DNA of 64,000 nucleotides, taken from Armatimonadota bacterium (GTDB taxonomy: Bacteria > Armatimonadota > SYMT01). The stretch is from positions 1-64,000 of the forward strand of contig JAWLHY010000005.1 of assembly GCA_041690135.1 (NCBI GenBank), read 5' to 3'. The position numbers were made by a program, and so were the translations under genes. Every line of letters starts with the position of its first letter. Positions within the stretch are counted from its first letter, which is position 1. This document shows, piece after piece, positions 37,254-47,045 of the stretch. The notes below the pieces were generated by a model that saw nothing but the letters and a program-made list of their open reading frames with translations, was not told the origin of the DNA and searched no databases.

Positions 37254-38684
37254 TCAAAGGAGGCCCTGGATCACTTCACCCTCGTTGATAACGAATGGCC
37301 GGTCCTGGATATCCCGCAGCTCCGCGCGGGGATCGATGCCCATCCGGGTGTAGATCGTCGCTCCGAGATCCGCGGGGGTGTAGGCTTCGCCCTCCGGGTA
37401 GCCTGCCCACTCGTCACTCTCGCCGACCGCCGTCCCGCCGCGGACTCCCCCACCCGCGAATACGGCCGTCCAACACCATTGCCAGTGGTTCCGACCATCC
37501 GGCTCCGCGGCGTTCATCGCCGCGCCGGTCACCGCCCGGCCCAGCACCGGGTTGCGGCCCATTTCCCCCATACACAGGACCAGCGTTTCCTCCAACATGC
37601 CGCGGTCGTGCAGGTCCTCGATCAGGGCGCTGAACCCCTGGTCGAACGGCGGCATCAGGCGCTTCATGTAGCCGATCTCGTCCCGGTGGGCGTCCCACTG
37701 GTTCATATAGCCCATGTTCGCCTGGATGAAGGGCACCCCGGCCTCGGCCAGCCGCCGCGCGAGGAGTAGCGACTGGCCGAAGGAGTGCCTTCCGTACCGG
37801 TCGCGCAGCGCCGCCGGCTCTTGCGAGAGGTCGAAGGCGGTGCGGGTAGCCGGGGCGACCGCCGCGCGGAAGGCGCTTGCCTGGGCATCGTGAAGCTGTC
37901 GCACGGAAAGATGGTCGTCCAGGTCGCGGCGCATACCGTCCACCGCCTCCAGGAGCTTCCGCCGGTGGTCGATGCGCTCCACCGTAAATCCGGGAAGCGG
38001 GGCCAGGTCCGGCACCTGGAAGTTCGGCTCGTTCGGGTCCTGGTTCACCCACCACGGATCGTAGCGGCTGCCGAGCCATCCGGCCGTCTGCCCCGGGTCC
38101 GGACGGCCGCCGTCGAGCATGGTCAATGGAAGGTGGATAGCCGAGGGAAGGCCGGTGCGGTTCGGTGCGAAGTAGTTGATGACCGAACCCATCGAGGGCC
38201 AGTCGTTCCGGCTGGCGTAGTCGCCCGAGCCCACCGGCTTGAAGTTCACGGCCGAGAGCAGCTTGTGGTGACCGAGGTTATGGTTGTCGTCCTCGGCATT
38301 CAGCGTCAGGGTGCGGACCAGGCCCAGGTGGTGCGCCTGCCAGGCGGTGCGCGGCAGGTAGTGGCCGAACATCAGGTCCTTTGCCGAGGTCTGGATCGGC
38401 TGGGCGCTCCCGCGGCACTGGGAGGGAGAGTCCGGCTTGAGGTCCCACAGCAGCATCTGCGGCGGACCCCCCGGCATCCATACGAGGATCACGTGCTTGA
38501 CCCGAGGTTTCGATCCCGCCGCGGCGGGCCGCCCCTTCGCGTCCGCTCTCTCCGCCGCGTACCCCTTACGGGTTGCGAATACGTCGACCATCGACGCGCC
38601 GAACGCGCCCAGGAACCCCACCTGCAGGAATTCCCGGCGGCAGATCCCCACCCGATGCCGATGCGCACCCAGGCCCTGACTCAC
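37254..38684 (-). CDS. DUF1501 family protein (paralog of 34370-35785)
   Basis: GGAGGA RBS before GTG; RREFLQVG, WMPGGPPQM, WDAH, GEMGRNP, GRNHW. Confidence 0.9.
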   Translation of the reverse strand: MSQGLGAHRHRVGICRREFLQVGFLGAFGASMVDVFATRKGYAAERADAKGRPAAAGSKPRVKHVILVWMPGGPPQMLLWDLKPDSPSQCRGSAQPIQTSAKDLMFGHYLPRTAWQAHHLGLVRTLTLNAEDDNHNLGHHKLLSAVNFKPVGSGDYASRNDWPSMGSVINYFAPNRTGLPSAIHLPLTMLDGGRPDPGQTAGWLGSRYDPWWVNQDPNEPNFQVPDLAPLPGFTVERIDHRRKLLEAVDGMRRDLDDHLSVRQLHDAQASAFRAAVAPATRTAFDLSQEPAALRDRYGRHSFGQSLLLARRLAEAGVPFIQANMGYMNQWDAHRDEIGYMKRLMPPFDQGFSALIEDLHDRGMLEETLVLCMGEMGRNPVLGRAVTGAAMNAAEPDGRNHWQWCWTAVFAGGGVRGGTAVGESDEWAGYPEGEAYTPADLGATIYTRMGIDPRAELRDIQDRPFVINEGEVIQGLL

Positions 38685-38763
38685 GACGTCCTCCCGCCAC
38701 GCTCGCCCGCAACGGCGAGTGTCCCACCTCCTGCGACACGGGCGCGTAGCGGAGGTTTCCAGG

Positions 38764-39177
38764 TCACCCCTCGAGATCGTGCGTGTGGATCTCCTGTTCG
38801 GGGCCATCCTCGGGATCAAGACAAAGTGCCGAATGGGCGCTGATCCAGTCCGGGTACAATGGCAGCCCTGCGGTCCACTGCAACAGGTCTAAGACTCGGT
38901 GCACCCACCGGTTTCCGCCCGATATCATTCCCCACTCGTGCCCGCGGGACAGCGCCGTGTGCCCCATCCACAGGAGGGCTCGTGCTCCGGCGGCATCCAG
39001 GAACGTAACGGCCGCCAGGTCGATCAGGAGAACTCCCGGCTCCTGGCCGTCCAACAGCGAGGGGAATCGCGCGCGGAGTGCCGCCGCTGCGCACAGGTCG
39101 CAGTCGCCGGTGACGGTAACGACCAGCACCCGGGTTGCCAACACAGCTCTCGTTTCTTGATCCGGAAAGGGAGTCAA
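38764..39177 (-). CDS. STAS-domain anti-sigma factor antagonist
   Basis: VVTVTGDCD...IDLAAVTFLDAAG...RVLDL. Confidence 0.75.
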   Translation of the reverse strand: MTPFPDQETRAVLATRVLVVTVTGDCDLCAAAALRARFPSLLDGQEPGVLLIDLAAVTFLDAAGARALLWMGHTALSRGHEWGMISGGNRWVHRVLDLLQWTAGLPLYPDWISAHSALCLDPEDGPEQEIHTHDLEG

Positions 39178-39500
39178 CTCACTGACACGACTGCCGTTTC
39201 CCGATGCTCCAGGAGAAGTAGCGACCGGCGGTCGCTTTAGGCGCCTTCATCCCAGCTGGAGTTTCGTGAGATCCTTGACTAGTGTTGGCAATCAGCGGAA
39301 GATATCCTTCCGTACAAGGATAAAGATTATGTAAAGACCCATGCTTCCGTCGCTTGCTCGACGTTGCAGGGGTTATGGGGTGGGCGTCTACCCCACTCGG
39401 AAGGAGTCGGCTTAACAGGCTGTTTGGCTGGCGCTTCTATGTTTCTCGCGAAACTTCGGGCGCTTTCTAGGCATCCCAGCCTGAAAGGCTACCGCGAGAT

Positions 39501-39965
39501 ATGTCCCTTCTTCAAATCGTTGTTTTCCTCATCGAACACCGGCCTTACGGTTTGCCGCTTGAGGCGGTGGAGCGGGTTCTGCCGATGGTGGATATCTCGC
39601 CGCTGCCCTGTGCACCCCCGGTGCTGTTGGGGGTGGTGGACTATCACGGTGAGATCCTGCCGGTGATGGACCTTCGCGTCCGGTTGGGGCTTCCCTCGCG
39701 CGACGAGCCCGTGCTTACGGAACGCCTTCTGGTGGTCACCACACCTCGGCGCAGGCTGGCGATCGCCACGGACGAAGTGGCCGGCATCCGGGCCGTGGAG
39801 CCCGCGCAGATGCACTCTCCGGCCGGCCTCCCCCTGGGGCTTCCGCAGGTGGCGGGGATCGCCGTGCTAGATGAAGGCCTGGTCGTCATCCAGGATCTGG
39901 AGACACTCTTGTCAGCGGAAGAGGACCGGGAATTGCAGCACGCGCTGCGGGAGACGCGGTCGTGA
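39501..39965 (+). CDS. cheW: CheW family scaffold protein
   Basis: YGLPLEAVERV, LPCAPPVLLGVVDYHGEILPVMDL. Confidence 0.88.
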   Translation: MSLLQIVVFLIEHRPYGLPLEAVERVLPMVDISPLPCAPPVLLGVVDYHGEILPVMDLRVRLGLPSRDEPVLTERLLVVTTPRRRLAIATDEVAGIRAVEPAQMHSPAGLPLGLPQVAGIAVLDEGLVVIQDLETLLSAEEDRELQHALRETRS

Positions 39966-41425
39966 GTCCTGATCCACTCGTCGAGGCCCAGGAGTTGGTG
40001 GGGCGGCGTCTGGGCCTCGACTTCTCGGATTGCCGCGGAGAGGCGGTCCGCCGCAGGCTGCAGCGGGCACTCCAGAGCACCGCTTCCGGAGATATTCCCG
40101 CGGCACTCACTCGGCTCGCGCACCTGGCTCCGGAGAGCCCGGAATTGCTGCGCTTTGCCGGCCGCCTCACCGTAGGGGAAACCTACTTTTTCCGGGACCG
40201 CGCCAGCTTCCTGGCGCTCGAGCACCAGGTGCTCCCGTCGCTGATTGCCGCGCGCCGCGCCGCCGGGTTGCTCCAGCTTCGCATTTGGAGTGCCGGCTGC
40301 TCCACCGGTGAGGAGCCTTATTCCCTCGCCCTCCTTCTCGACCGGCTGCTCCCGGATGCGGCGAACTGGCGTTTGACGATCCTCGCCACGGATATCAACC
40401 CGGATTCTCTCGCACGCGCCCGTGAGGGCCGGTTCAGCGAATGGTCGTTTCGCGCCACCCCCGGATGGGTTCGCGAAAAGTACTTCCGGCGGTTCGATGC
40501 GCGGACTTATGAACTGGCGCCGCGCATTCGTGACCGGGTCCGCTTCCAACCCTTGAATCTGGCTGAGGGCGCCTATCCCGCGACGCACAGCAACACGACG
40601 GCCATGGACCTGATCCTTTGCCGGAACGTCTTGATGTACTTCACGGATCCCGCTCGCCGGGCAACGGTCGAGCGCCTGCAGCGATCGTTGGTTCCGGGAG
40701 GTTGGCTGGTGGTCGCACCCCCGGAAGCCTCCGCGGCGTTGCTCGCTCCCCTCCAGCCCGTAAACATGCCCGGGACCATCCTGTTCCAGAAGGTGGAGCC
40801 GGCATCTTCCACCTCTTCGCGGGAGCAGCCCGGGCGGTGGCCCGAATGGGATTCGCGCCGGTCGCGGGGAGTGGGTGCGGCGCATGGGATGGACGTACCG
40901 GTTTCGAGTAGAGCGTGCCCACGGGTGGACCTCACTCGCCCCTCGGAAAGTCCTCTCGAGCAGCCCCGTCCCAGCAGGCCCGCCTTCGCGGCCATGGCGC
41001 CCTTGGGGACGGGAGATGCGGAAGAGGGAAAACAAGAGTTGCTGATTCGGCGTGCGCGGGAGCTTGCCGACCGGGGAGAGGTGGCGGAAGCACGGGCGCT
41101 CTGCGAAGCGGCTGTCCGGCAGGATCCGCTCGCTGTTGAGCCGCTCTTACTGCTCGCGACGCTCTGTGACCTGTCCGGCGAGGTCGGTGCTGCCCAGGTA
41201 GCGCTCCGGCGGGCGCTCTTTCTTGACCCCGACGGTCCGGTGGCCCAGTTCGCCCTGGGAACGCTGCTGATACGCCAGGGGGAAAACCCTCGGGGCAAGC
41301 GCTTGCTGGAACGGGTCGCCCGCTTGCTGGAGACTCTACCCCCGTCCGCGCCGCTGGAATTTGGCGCTGGGATTACGGCCGGGGACCTCCTGGGAAGGGC
41401 ATTGCGGTGGTTGGAGACCAACTAA
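39962..41425 (+). CDS. cheR: CheR methyltransferase with C-terminal TPR (WspC-like)
   Basis: LTVGETYFFRD, RIWSAGCSTGEEPYS, DLILCRNVLMYF, TPR ALRRALFLDP. Confidence 0.92.
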   Translation: MSPDPLVEAQELVGRRLGLDFSDCRGEAVRRRLQRALQSTASGDIPAALTRLAHLAPESPELLRFAGRLTVGETYFFRDRASFLALEHQVLPSLIAARRAAGLLQLRIWSAGCSTGEEPYSLALLLDRLLPDAANWRLTILATDINPDSLARAREGRFSEWSFRATPGWVREKYFRRFDARTYELAPRIRDRVRFQPLNLAEGAYPATHSNTTAMDLILCRNVLMYFTDPARRATVERLQRSLVPGGWLVVAPPEASAALLAPLQPVNMPGTILFQKVEPASSTSSREQPGRWPEWDSRRSRGVGAAHGMDVPVSSRACPRVDLTRPSESPLEQPRPSRPAFAAMAPLGTGDAEEGKQELLIRRARELADRGEVAEARALCEAAVRQDPLAVEPLLLLATLCDLSGEVGAAQVALRRALFLDPDGPVAQFALGTLLIRQGENPRGKRLLERVARLLETLPPSAPLEFGAGITAGDLLGRALRWLETN

Positions 41426-41526
41426 CCCGTTATCGCACGAGGAGGCTGGGTCCGGCTCGGAAGCGGCTCGGGCTGCGGCCAGGTACTGCGGCTGTGGGTC
41501 GCGACTGGGTGGAGGCGGAGTGAGAG

Positions 41527-42078
41527 ATGGAAGACGCCGATAAGAATGCTGTGGAGCGGACCCGCCGAATTCTGCGGGAGCGGGCGAGGCTGCTTTCCCT
41601 TCCCATTGAGGAGGCGCGCCCTTTAGCCGAAGAGGAGTGGGTAGTATTCTCTCTCGGCGCCGGACGGTACGGGATCGAGCTCCCATCCGTTCGGGAAGTT
41701 CTTCCCCTCCCGGAACTGGTTCCCGTGCCTCACACCCCGGCGTGGGTAGCCGGAGTGATGAGCTATCGGGGGCGAGTTCTGTCCGTGGTCGACCTGGCCG
41801 AATTCCTCGCCCTTCCCGGGATTCCGGCCGCCTCCCGGGGAAACGCGGGAGCCGCCGGCCGTCGGCTGCTGGTGTTGGAACTGCCGGAGATGCTCTTCGG
41901 GGTGTTGGTGGACCACCTGGAGGGAGTGGTGTCGTCCGAGACGGCGCTGGCGCCTTCTCCTCTGAGTGCAGATGCCGAGGGGCGCTCGGGTTTCATACTG
42001 GGCATCGCCCCCGGGGGGATTGCCGTGTTGGATGTGCCGGCGCTGGCGCATCATCCCCGGTTTCAGGTGAGTGGCTAA
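41527..42078 (+). CDS. cheW: Second CheW (WspD-like)
   Basis: LRERARLLS, YGIELPSVREV, VPHTPAWVAGVMSYRGRVLSVVDL. Confidence 0.88.
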   Translation: MEDADKNAVERTRRILRERARLLSLPIEEARPLAEEEWVVFSLGAGRYGIELPSVREVLPLPELVPVPHTPAWVAGVMSYRGRVLSVVDLAEFLALPGIPAASRGNAGAAGRRLLVLELPEMLFGVLVDHLEGVVSSETALAPSPLSADAEGRSGFILGIAPGGIAVLDVPALAHHPRFQVSG

Positions 42079-42104
42079 CTCGCTGTTTTAGCTTAAAGGA
42101 GCCG

Positions 42105-43559
42105 ATGGTGAAATGGACGGTGGGGCGAAGAGTCGCCGCGGGATACGCGGTAGTGCTGGCCCTTTTGGCGATATTGGCCGTGGTCGCGACGGATCGTCTC
42201 TCCCGCACGGCTGCGGGGTTCCTGCAGGCGATTGAGATCCAGGACCGAATGCGCCAGGATACGCGCACGCTAGAAGATGGGTTAGCCCAGGCGCAAGTCG
42301 CGTCGCTACGCTACCTGCTCACGGGGGACCGGCGCTTTTTGGAAACCTGGCGCCGCCAGGTGCGGGAAAGCACTCAGAGCCTCCAGCGCCTGGCAGAGGA
42401 GAGCCCGACTTCCGAATTGAGAGCCGGATGGCGCCAGGCGGTGGACCTCCTCCAGATCTGGAATCAGGAAGTCACCTCCGCGATGGCGGCGCGGACCGCC
42501 GGGCGGCAAAGTGAAGCGCTTCAACTCCTCGAGCAACAGGTCATCCCGGCACGGGACCGGCAGCAGGCTGCCATCGATCAGTTGGTGGATGCGTATCGGA
42601 CCCACGCCCGTGCGAACACCGAGGCGGTCGGCACCGCTGCCACGCGCACCATCTGGCTGGCAATCGCTCTCGCCGTTTCGGCCATCGTCGTGGGGTGCAT
42701 CATTGCCGTGGCGTTGACCCGGTCGGTAACCGGCGCCCTGCGAGAAACGGTTTCTGTGTTGACCAGTTCTTCCGCGCAGATCCTGGCGGCGGCCACGCAG
42801 CAGTCATCCGGTATCGCGGAGGAGGCCACCGCGGTCCAGGAGACCACCACCACGGTCGATGAGCTGCGACAGACTTCCGAGTTGGCGACGCAGAAGGCGC
42901 AAGCCGTGGCGACGGCAGCGGCGCGGACCGTGGAAATCTCCAACCAGGGTCGGGAAGCGGTGGAAGAGACGCTCCAGAGCATGCGGGAGACCGGCAGCCG
43001 GATGGAGGCGATTGCCGAGCGCATGCTCGCGCTCAACGAGCGGGGGCAGGCCATTGGGGAGATCATCGCAACGGTAGAGGATGTGGCCGAGCAGTCGAGT
43101 ATCCTCGCGGTCAATGCCGCGATCGAGGCTGCGAAGGCGGGAGAGGCCGGGCGCGGCTTTGCCGTGGTCGCGACGGAGGTCAAGGCGCTCGCGGAGCAAT
43201 CGAAGCAGGGCACTGCGCAGGTCCGCTCGATCCTGGGGGAAATCCAGCGCGCCACCCAGGCAGCTGTGCTGGCTACGGAGCAGGGAGTCAAAGCGGGTGA
43301 AACGGCGGAGAAAGTCGCCGCCAGATCCGGAGAAGCCATCCGCCTCCTGGCGCAAAGCCAGGCGGAGGCGGCCCAGTCCGCACGCCAGATTCTGGTAACC
43401 ACGCAGCAGCAATTGGTGGGGGTCGATCAAATCACCACGGCCATGCAGCACATTCAACAATCCTCCACGGCGAACATGGCGGCGACCGACCAGGTGACCC
43501 GCGCGGCACACGATCTCAACCAGGTAGCGGGCCGGCTCAAAGCGATGGTCACCGGATGA
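42105..43559 (+). CDS. Methyl-accepting chemotaxis protein
   Basis: Two TM helices around a four-helix sensor; VAEQSSILAVNAAIEAAKAGEAGRGFAVVA. Confidence 0.93.
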   Translation: MVKWTVGRRVAAGYAVVLALLAILAVVATDRLSRTAAGFLQAIEIQDRMRQDTRTLEDGLAQAQVASLRYLLTGDRRFLETWRRQVRESTQSLQRLAEESPTSELRAGWRQAVDLLQIWNQEVTSAMAARTAGRQSEALQLLEQQVIPARDRQQAAIDQLVDAYRTHARANTEAVGTAATRTIWLAIALAVSAIVVGCIIAVALTRSVTGALRETVSVLTSSSAQILAAATQQSSGIAEEATAVQETTTTVDELRQTSELATQKAQAVATAAARTVEISNQGREAVEETLQSMRETGSRMEAIAERMLALNERGQAIGEIIATVEDVAEQSSILAVNAAIEAAKAGEAGRGFAVVATEVKALAEQSKQGTAQVRSILGEIQRATQAAVLATEQGVKAGETAEKVAARSGEAIRLLAQSQAEAAQSARQILVTTQQQLVGVDQITTAMQHIQQSSTANMAATDQVTRAAHDLNQVAGRLKAMVTG

Positions 43560-43596
43560 GTGGCGGCAGCGCGCCAGGCGGGAGAAGCGGCCCGCG

Positions 43597-45810
43597 ATGA
43601 GACGGCGTAGCGAGGAAACCCGTGCCCGGTTGCTGGCCACCTTCCGCCTGGAAGCGGAAGAGCACTTGCAGGCGATCCATGCCTCTCTGGCCTCCCTCCG
43701 GACCGGCGAAGGAGAGGGTGGAGAATCCCCGGCGGCGCTGGCGCTCTTCCGGTCCGTTCACACGCTGAAAGGGGCCGCCCGGTCGGTGGGACTCCTGCAA
43801 GTCGAGACTGTCTGCCAGTCGGTGGAAGCGCTGCTGCGCCGGGTCACTCAAGGGGAGTTGCGGCCCACACCCGAGCTTCTCAACTGCCTTCAGGAGACGG
43901 CGGATGACCTGGGGAAGTTGGTGGATGGCAGCCCGGCGCGGTCTCCGGTGGAAGCCATCGTACGCATTCTGGAGGAAGCCGCGTCGGGGGACGTTGGCGA
44001 AGGCCCGGAGCGTGAGGCGGATCCGGCTGTCGGATTGGCTTCGGCGGCTCCCGATCCTTCCCTGGTACCCGAAGGTCCGTCGCACCCTCCCGGCACGTCC
44101 GGTCCCACGGAAGCCGGAAAGCCGGCAAGAGTGCGTAAGAAGGGTGGCACCATCCGCGTGGCCACGGCCCAACTCGACTCTCTGTTACTGCAACTGGAGG
44201 ACCTCCTCCTCCCGAAGCTGGCTGCCCGGCAACGCGTGCGGGAACTCGAGGCATTTGGCGCCTCCCTGGCCGCCCACCGCCGGGAGAGTGCGGGGATGAC
44301 GGGAGCCGATCTGCGTCCGCTGGAAGCGGATTTCCGGCAGTTGCTGCGGCGGATGCGGGAAGACGAGCGGCGCCTGGCGCGTATTCACGAGCAACTGCAA
44401 ACAGAGGTGCTCCGGCTCAGGACCTCGCCGGTGTCTACTGTGGTCGACGCGTTCCCGGGCATGGTGCGAGACCTGGCGCGCGAAGCGGGAAAAGAGATCG
44501 AGTTGACCCTCGCGGGTGCCGAGTTGCAGTTGGACCGGCGGGTGCTGGAGCGGATTAAGGACCCGTTGATTCACCTGGTTCGGAATGCGGTCGACCACGG
44601 AATCGAAGTGCCGACAGTGCGAGAGCGGACCGGAAAGCCGCGCCGGGGCCGAATTGCGATTACCTTCACTCCCGCCGAGAACCGGAAGATTGAAGTGTTG
44701 GTGCAGGATGACGGCGAGGGAGTGCGTCTGGAAGAGGTCCGGGCCGCCGCGACGCGCTCCCGCCTTCTCACCGCGGAAGAGAGCCATGCTCTGGATGAAC
44801 GCGCGGCGGTGGACCTCCTGTTCCACTCCGGTTTCAGTACCAGCCCGGTGGTAACGCGAGTGTCGGGCCACGGCCTGGGTTTGCCCATTGTGCGGGAGCG
44901 GGTCGAGAATCTCGGCGGCACGCTGCAACTGGAGTCCATCGTTTCCAAGGGAACCACCGTGCGGATGCTGCTCCCGGCCACGGTCGCTACCTTCACCGGC
45001 CTGCTGGTAGGCGCGGGCGGACAGTCCTTTCTCCTCCCACTGGATGCGGTGGAGCACGTCCTGCGCGTCACCCCCGCCGACGTGGGAAACGTCGAAGGGC
45101 GGGCCGTGATCCGGTTGAACGGGCAGTACATTCGGGCGGCGCCGCTGAACGCGCTCCTAGACCTTCCCCCGATGGCGGATCCATCACGAGCGGACCGCCT
45201 CCCCTGCGTGATCGTGGGTGTCGGAAATGACCGCCTCGGCCTGCTCGTGGACGAGGTCCGCGGCGAGCAGGAGATGCTGGTCAAGGAGTTGGAGCCGCCA
45301 TTGAATCGCATTCGGCACGTGGCAGGGGCAGGGTTACTCGGGACCGGTAGTCTGGTGTTGATCCTGCGTCCGGCGGACCTGCTTCGCACCGCCGTCTCCA
45401 CGCGGGTTTCCCACCTCCCTCCCGAGGGCGCCGCCCAGCGGGAGCGGGCGCCTGTGGTTCTGGTGGTGGACGATTCCATCACGACCCGTACGATGGAGAA
45501 GAACCTCCTCGAGAGCGCCGGCTATACGGTGAAGACCGCGGTCGACGGGCTGGAAGCCTGGGCTCTCTTGCAGAGCGAGGCATGTGACCTGGTGGTGTCC
45601 GACGTGGATATGCCGCGGATGGATGGGTTTGAGTTGACGACCCGCATTCGCGACGATGCTACCCTGAGGGATCTCCCGGTCATCCTGGTGACCGCTATGG
45701 AGTCCCGGGAATACCGTGAGCGGGGCGTGCTCGCCGGCGCCAACGCCTACGTCATCAAGTCCAGCTTTGAAGAATCCAACCTCCTGGAGATCATTCAACG
45801 GCTAGTGTGA
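43597..45810 (+). CDS. cheA: CheA-REC hybrid kinase (WspE-like)
   Basis: Hpt HTLKGAA, HLVRNAVDHGIE, DDGEG, VSGHGLGL, CheW domain, REC VVDDSITTR. Confidence 0.93.
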   Translation: MRRRSEETRARLLATFRLEAEEHLQAIHASLASLRTGEGEGGESPAALALFRSVHTLKGAARSVGLLQVETVCQSVEALLRRVTQGELRPTPELLNCLQETADDLGKLVDGSPARSPVEAIVRILEEAASGDVGEGPEREADPAVGLASAAPDPSLVPEGPSHPPGTSGPTEAGKPARVRKKGGTIRVATAQLDSLLLQLEDLLLPKLAARQRVRELEAFGASLAAHRRESAGMTGADLRPLEADFRQLLRRMREDERRLARIHEQLQTEVLRLRTSPVSTVVDAFPGMVRDLAREAGKEIELTLAGAELQLDRRVLERIKDPLIHLVRNAVDHGIEVPTVRERTGKPRRGRIAITFTPAENRKIEVLVQDDGEGVRLEEVRAAATRSRLLTAEESHALDERAAVDLLFHSGFSTSPVVTRVSGHGLGLPIVRERVENLGGTLQLESIVSKGTTVRMLLPATVATFTGLLVGAGGQSFLLPLDAVEHVLRVTPADVGNVEGRAVIRLNGQYIRAAPLNALLDLPPMADPSRADRLPCVIVGVGNDRLGLLVDEVRGEQEMLVKELEPPLNRIRHVAGAGLLGTGSLVLILRPADLLRTAVSTRVSHLPPEGAAQRERAPVVLVVDDSITTRTMEKNLLESAGYTVKTAVDGLEAWALLQSEACDLVVSDVDMPRMDGFELTTRIRDDATLRDLPVILVTAMESREYRERGVLAGANAYVIKSSFEESNLLEIIQRLV

Positions 45811-45821
45811 CGTGAAGATCG

Positions 45822-46895
45822 ATGGAGGCGAAAGTGGTGCGTGTACTGGTGGCGGAGGATTCCCCCGTAGTCCGAGAGCACCTGCGGCTCTTGTTGGAAG
45901 AGGATCCGCAAATCTCGGTGGTGGCTATGGCGCGGGACGGATTGGAAGCGGTGGAGAAGACCCGCAAGTTTCGTCCCGATGTGGTTTTGATGGATGTGAC
46001 CATGCCCCGCATGGATGGATACGAGGCGACCCGCGAGATTATGGCCACCACGCCGGTGCCGATCGTGATGATTAGCAGTGGGTTCGATACCGGGGGCGTG
46101 GCAACCACCTTCGAAGCCCTCAAAGCGGGTGCGGTGGCCGTCGTGGAAAAGCCGGACGGCGGCCAGACTGGGGACCAAGATCCCTCCACGGGCTCGCTCC
46201 ATGAAACGGTGAAGTTGATGGCGGAGGTGAAGGTGGTCCGGCGGTGGCCGAAACGCTCCGGACTTGCGCCCGACCGGCTTCCGGAGCCGGTGGGAGCCGC
46301 TACCCCGGTGAAGATCATCGGGGACCGCCCGGTAGGAGTCATCGTTATCGGCGCATCTACGGGGGGGCCGGCGGTCCTGGCCGAAATACTCGGGGCCCAA
46401 CCCGCGAGCCTGGCGGTTCCGATCCTCCTGGTGCAGCACATATCGCCCGGGTTCGGGCAGGGCCTCACCCGGTGGCTGAATGAGCAGACGCCGCTGCGGG
46501 TGAAGCTGGCGGAGCCCTATGAACGGGTTGAACCGGGCACCGTCTATCTGGCACCGGACGACCGCCAGATGGGAATGGCGGTGGGAAACCGGATTCATCT
46601 CACCGAGGAACCGGCCGAATCAGGGTTCCGACCTTCCATCTCCTATACCTTTCGCTCGGTGGCCGGTCGCTATCAACATGCGGCGCTCGCTGTCTTGCTA
46701 ACCGGCATGGGAAGTGATGGGTCGGCGGGTTTGCTTGCGGTCCGGAAGGCGGGCGGAATCACGATCGTCCAGGACCAGTCCAGTAGTGTGATCTTCGGCA
46801 TGGCCGAACGCGCGATCCGGTTGGGAGCCGCCGAGTATGTGCTTTCCCCCTCTGAAATCGCACGTGCCATTCACCGGGTCGTTCCGGCCTTCTAA
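45822..46895 (+). CDS. cheB: CheB methylesterase with REC domain
   Basis: REC domain, then IGASTGGP, VQHI, LTGMGSDG. Confidence 0.93.
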   Translation: MEAKVVRVLVAEDSPVVREHLRLLLEEDPQISVVAMARDGLEAVEKTRKFRPDVVLMDVTMPRMDGYEATREIMATTPVPIVMISSGFDTGGVATTFEALKAGAVAVVEKPDGGQTGDQDPSTGSLHETVKLMAEVKVVRRWPKRSGLAPDRLPEPVGAATPVKIIGDRPVGVIVIGASTGGPAVLAEILGAQPASLAVPILLVQHISPGFGQGLTRWLNEQTPLRVKLAEPYERVEPGTVYLAPDDRQMGMAVGNRIHLTEEPAESGFRPSISYTFRSVAGRYQHAALAVLLTGMGSDGSAGLLAVRKAGGITIVQDQSSSVIFGMAERAIRLGAAEYVLSPSEIARAIHRVVPAF

Positions 46896-47045
46896 AGGAA
46901 GTGTGGCCAGGTGCCTATAGCCACCATGTAAACGAAGCATGTAAATGGGGTGCCAATATCTCTCACGCATGTCTCTCTTACATGAGAGGTATGCAAGAGA
47001 GACATGGAGAATTCGCTAGAGTTAGGTCATGGAAAGGAACGCGCC

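Noticed and set aside
41637-42104. N-terminal extension of the MCP
   Set aside because: It overlaps cheW in another frame, and an AAGGAG RBS precedes the ATG at 42105.
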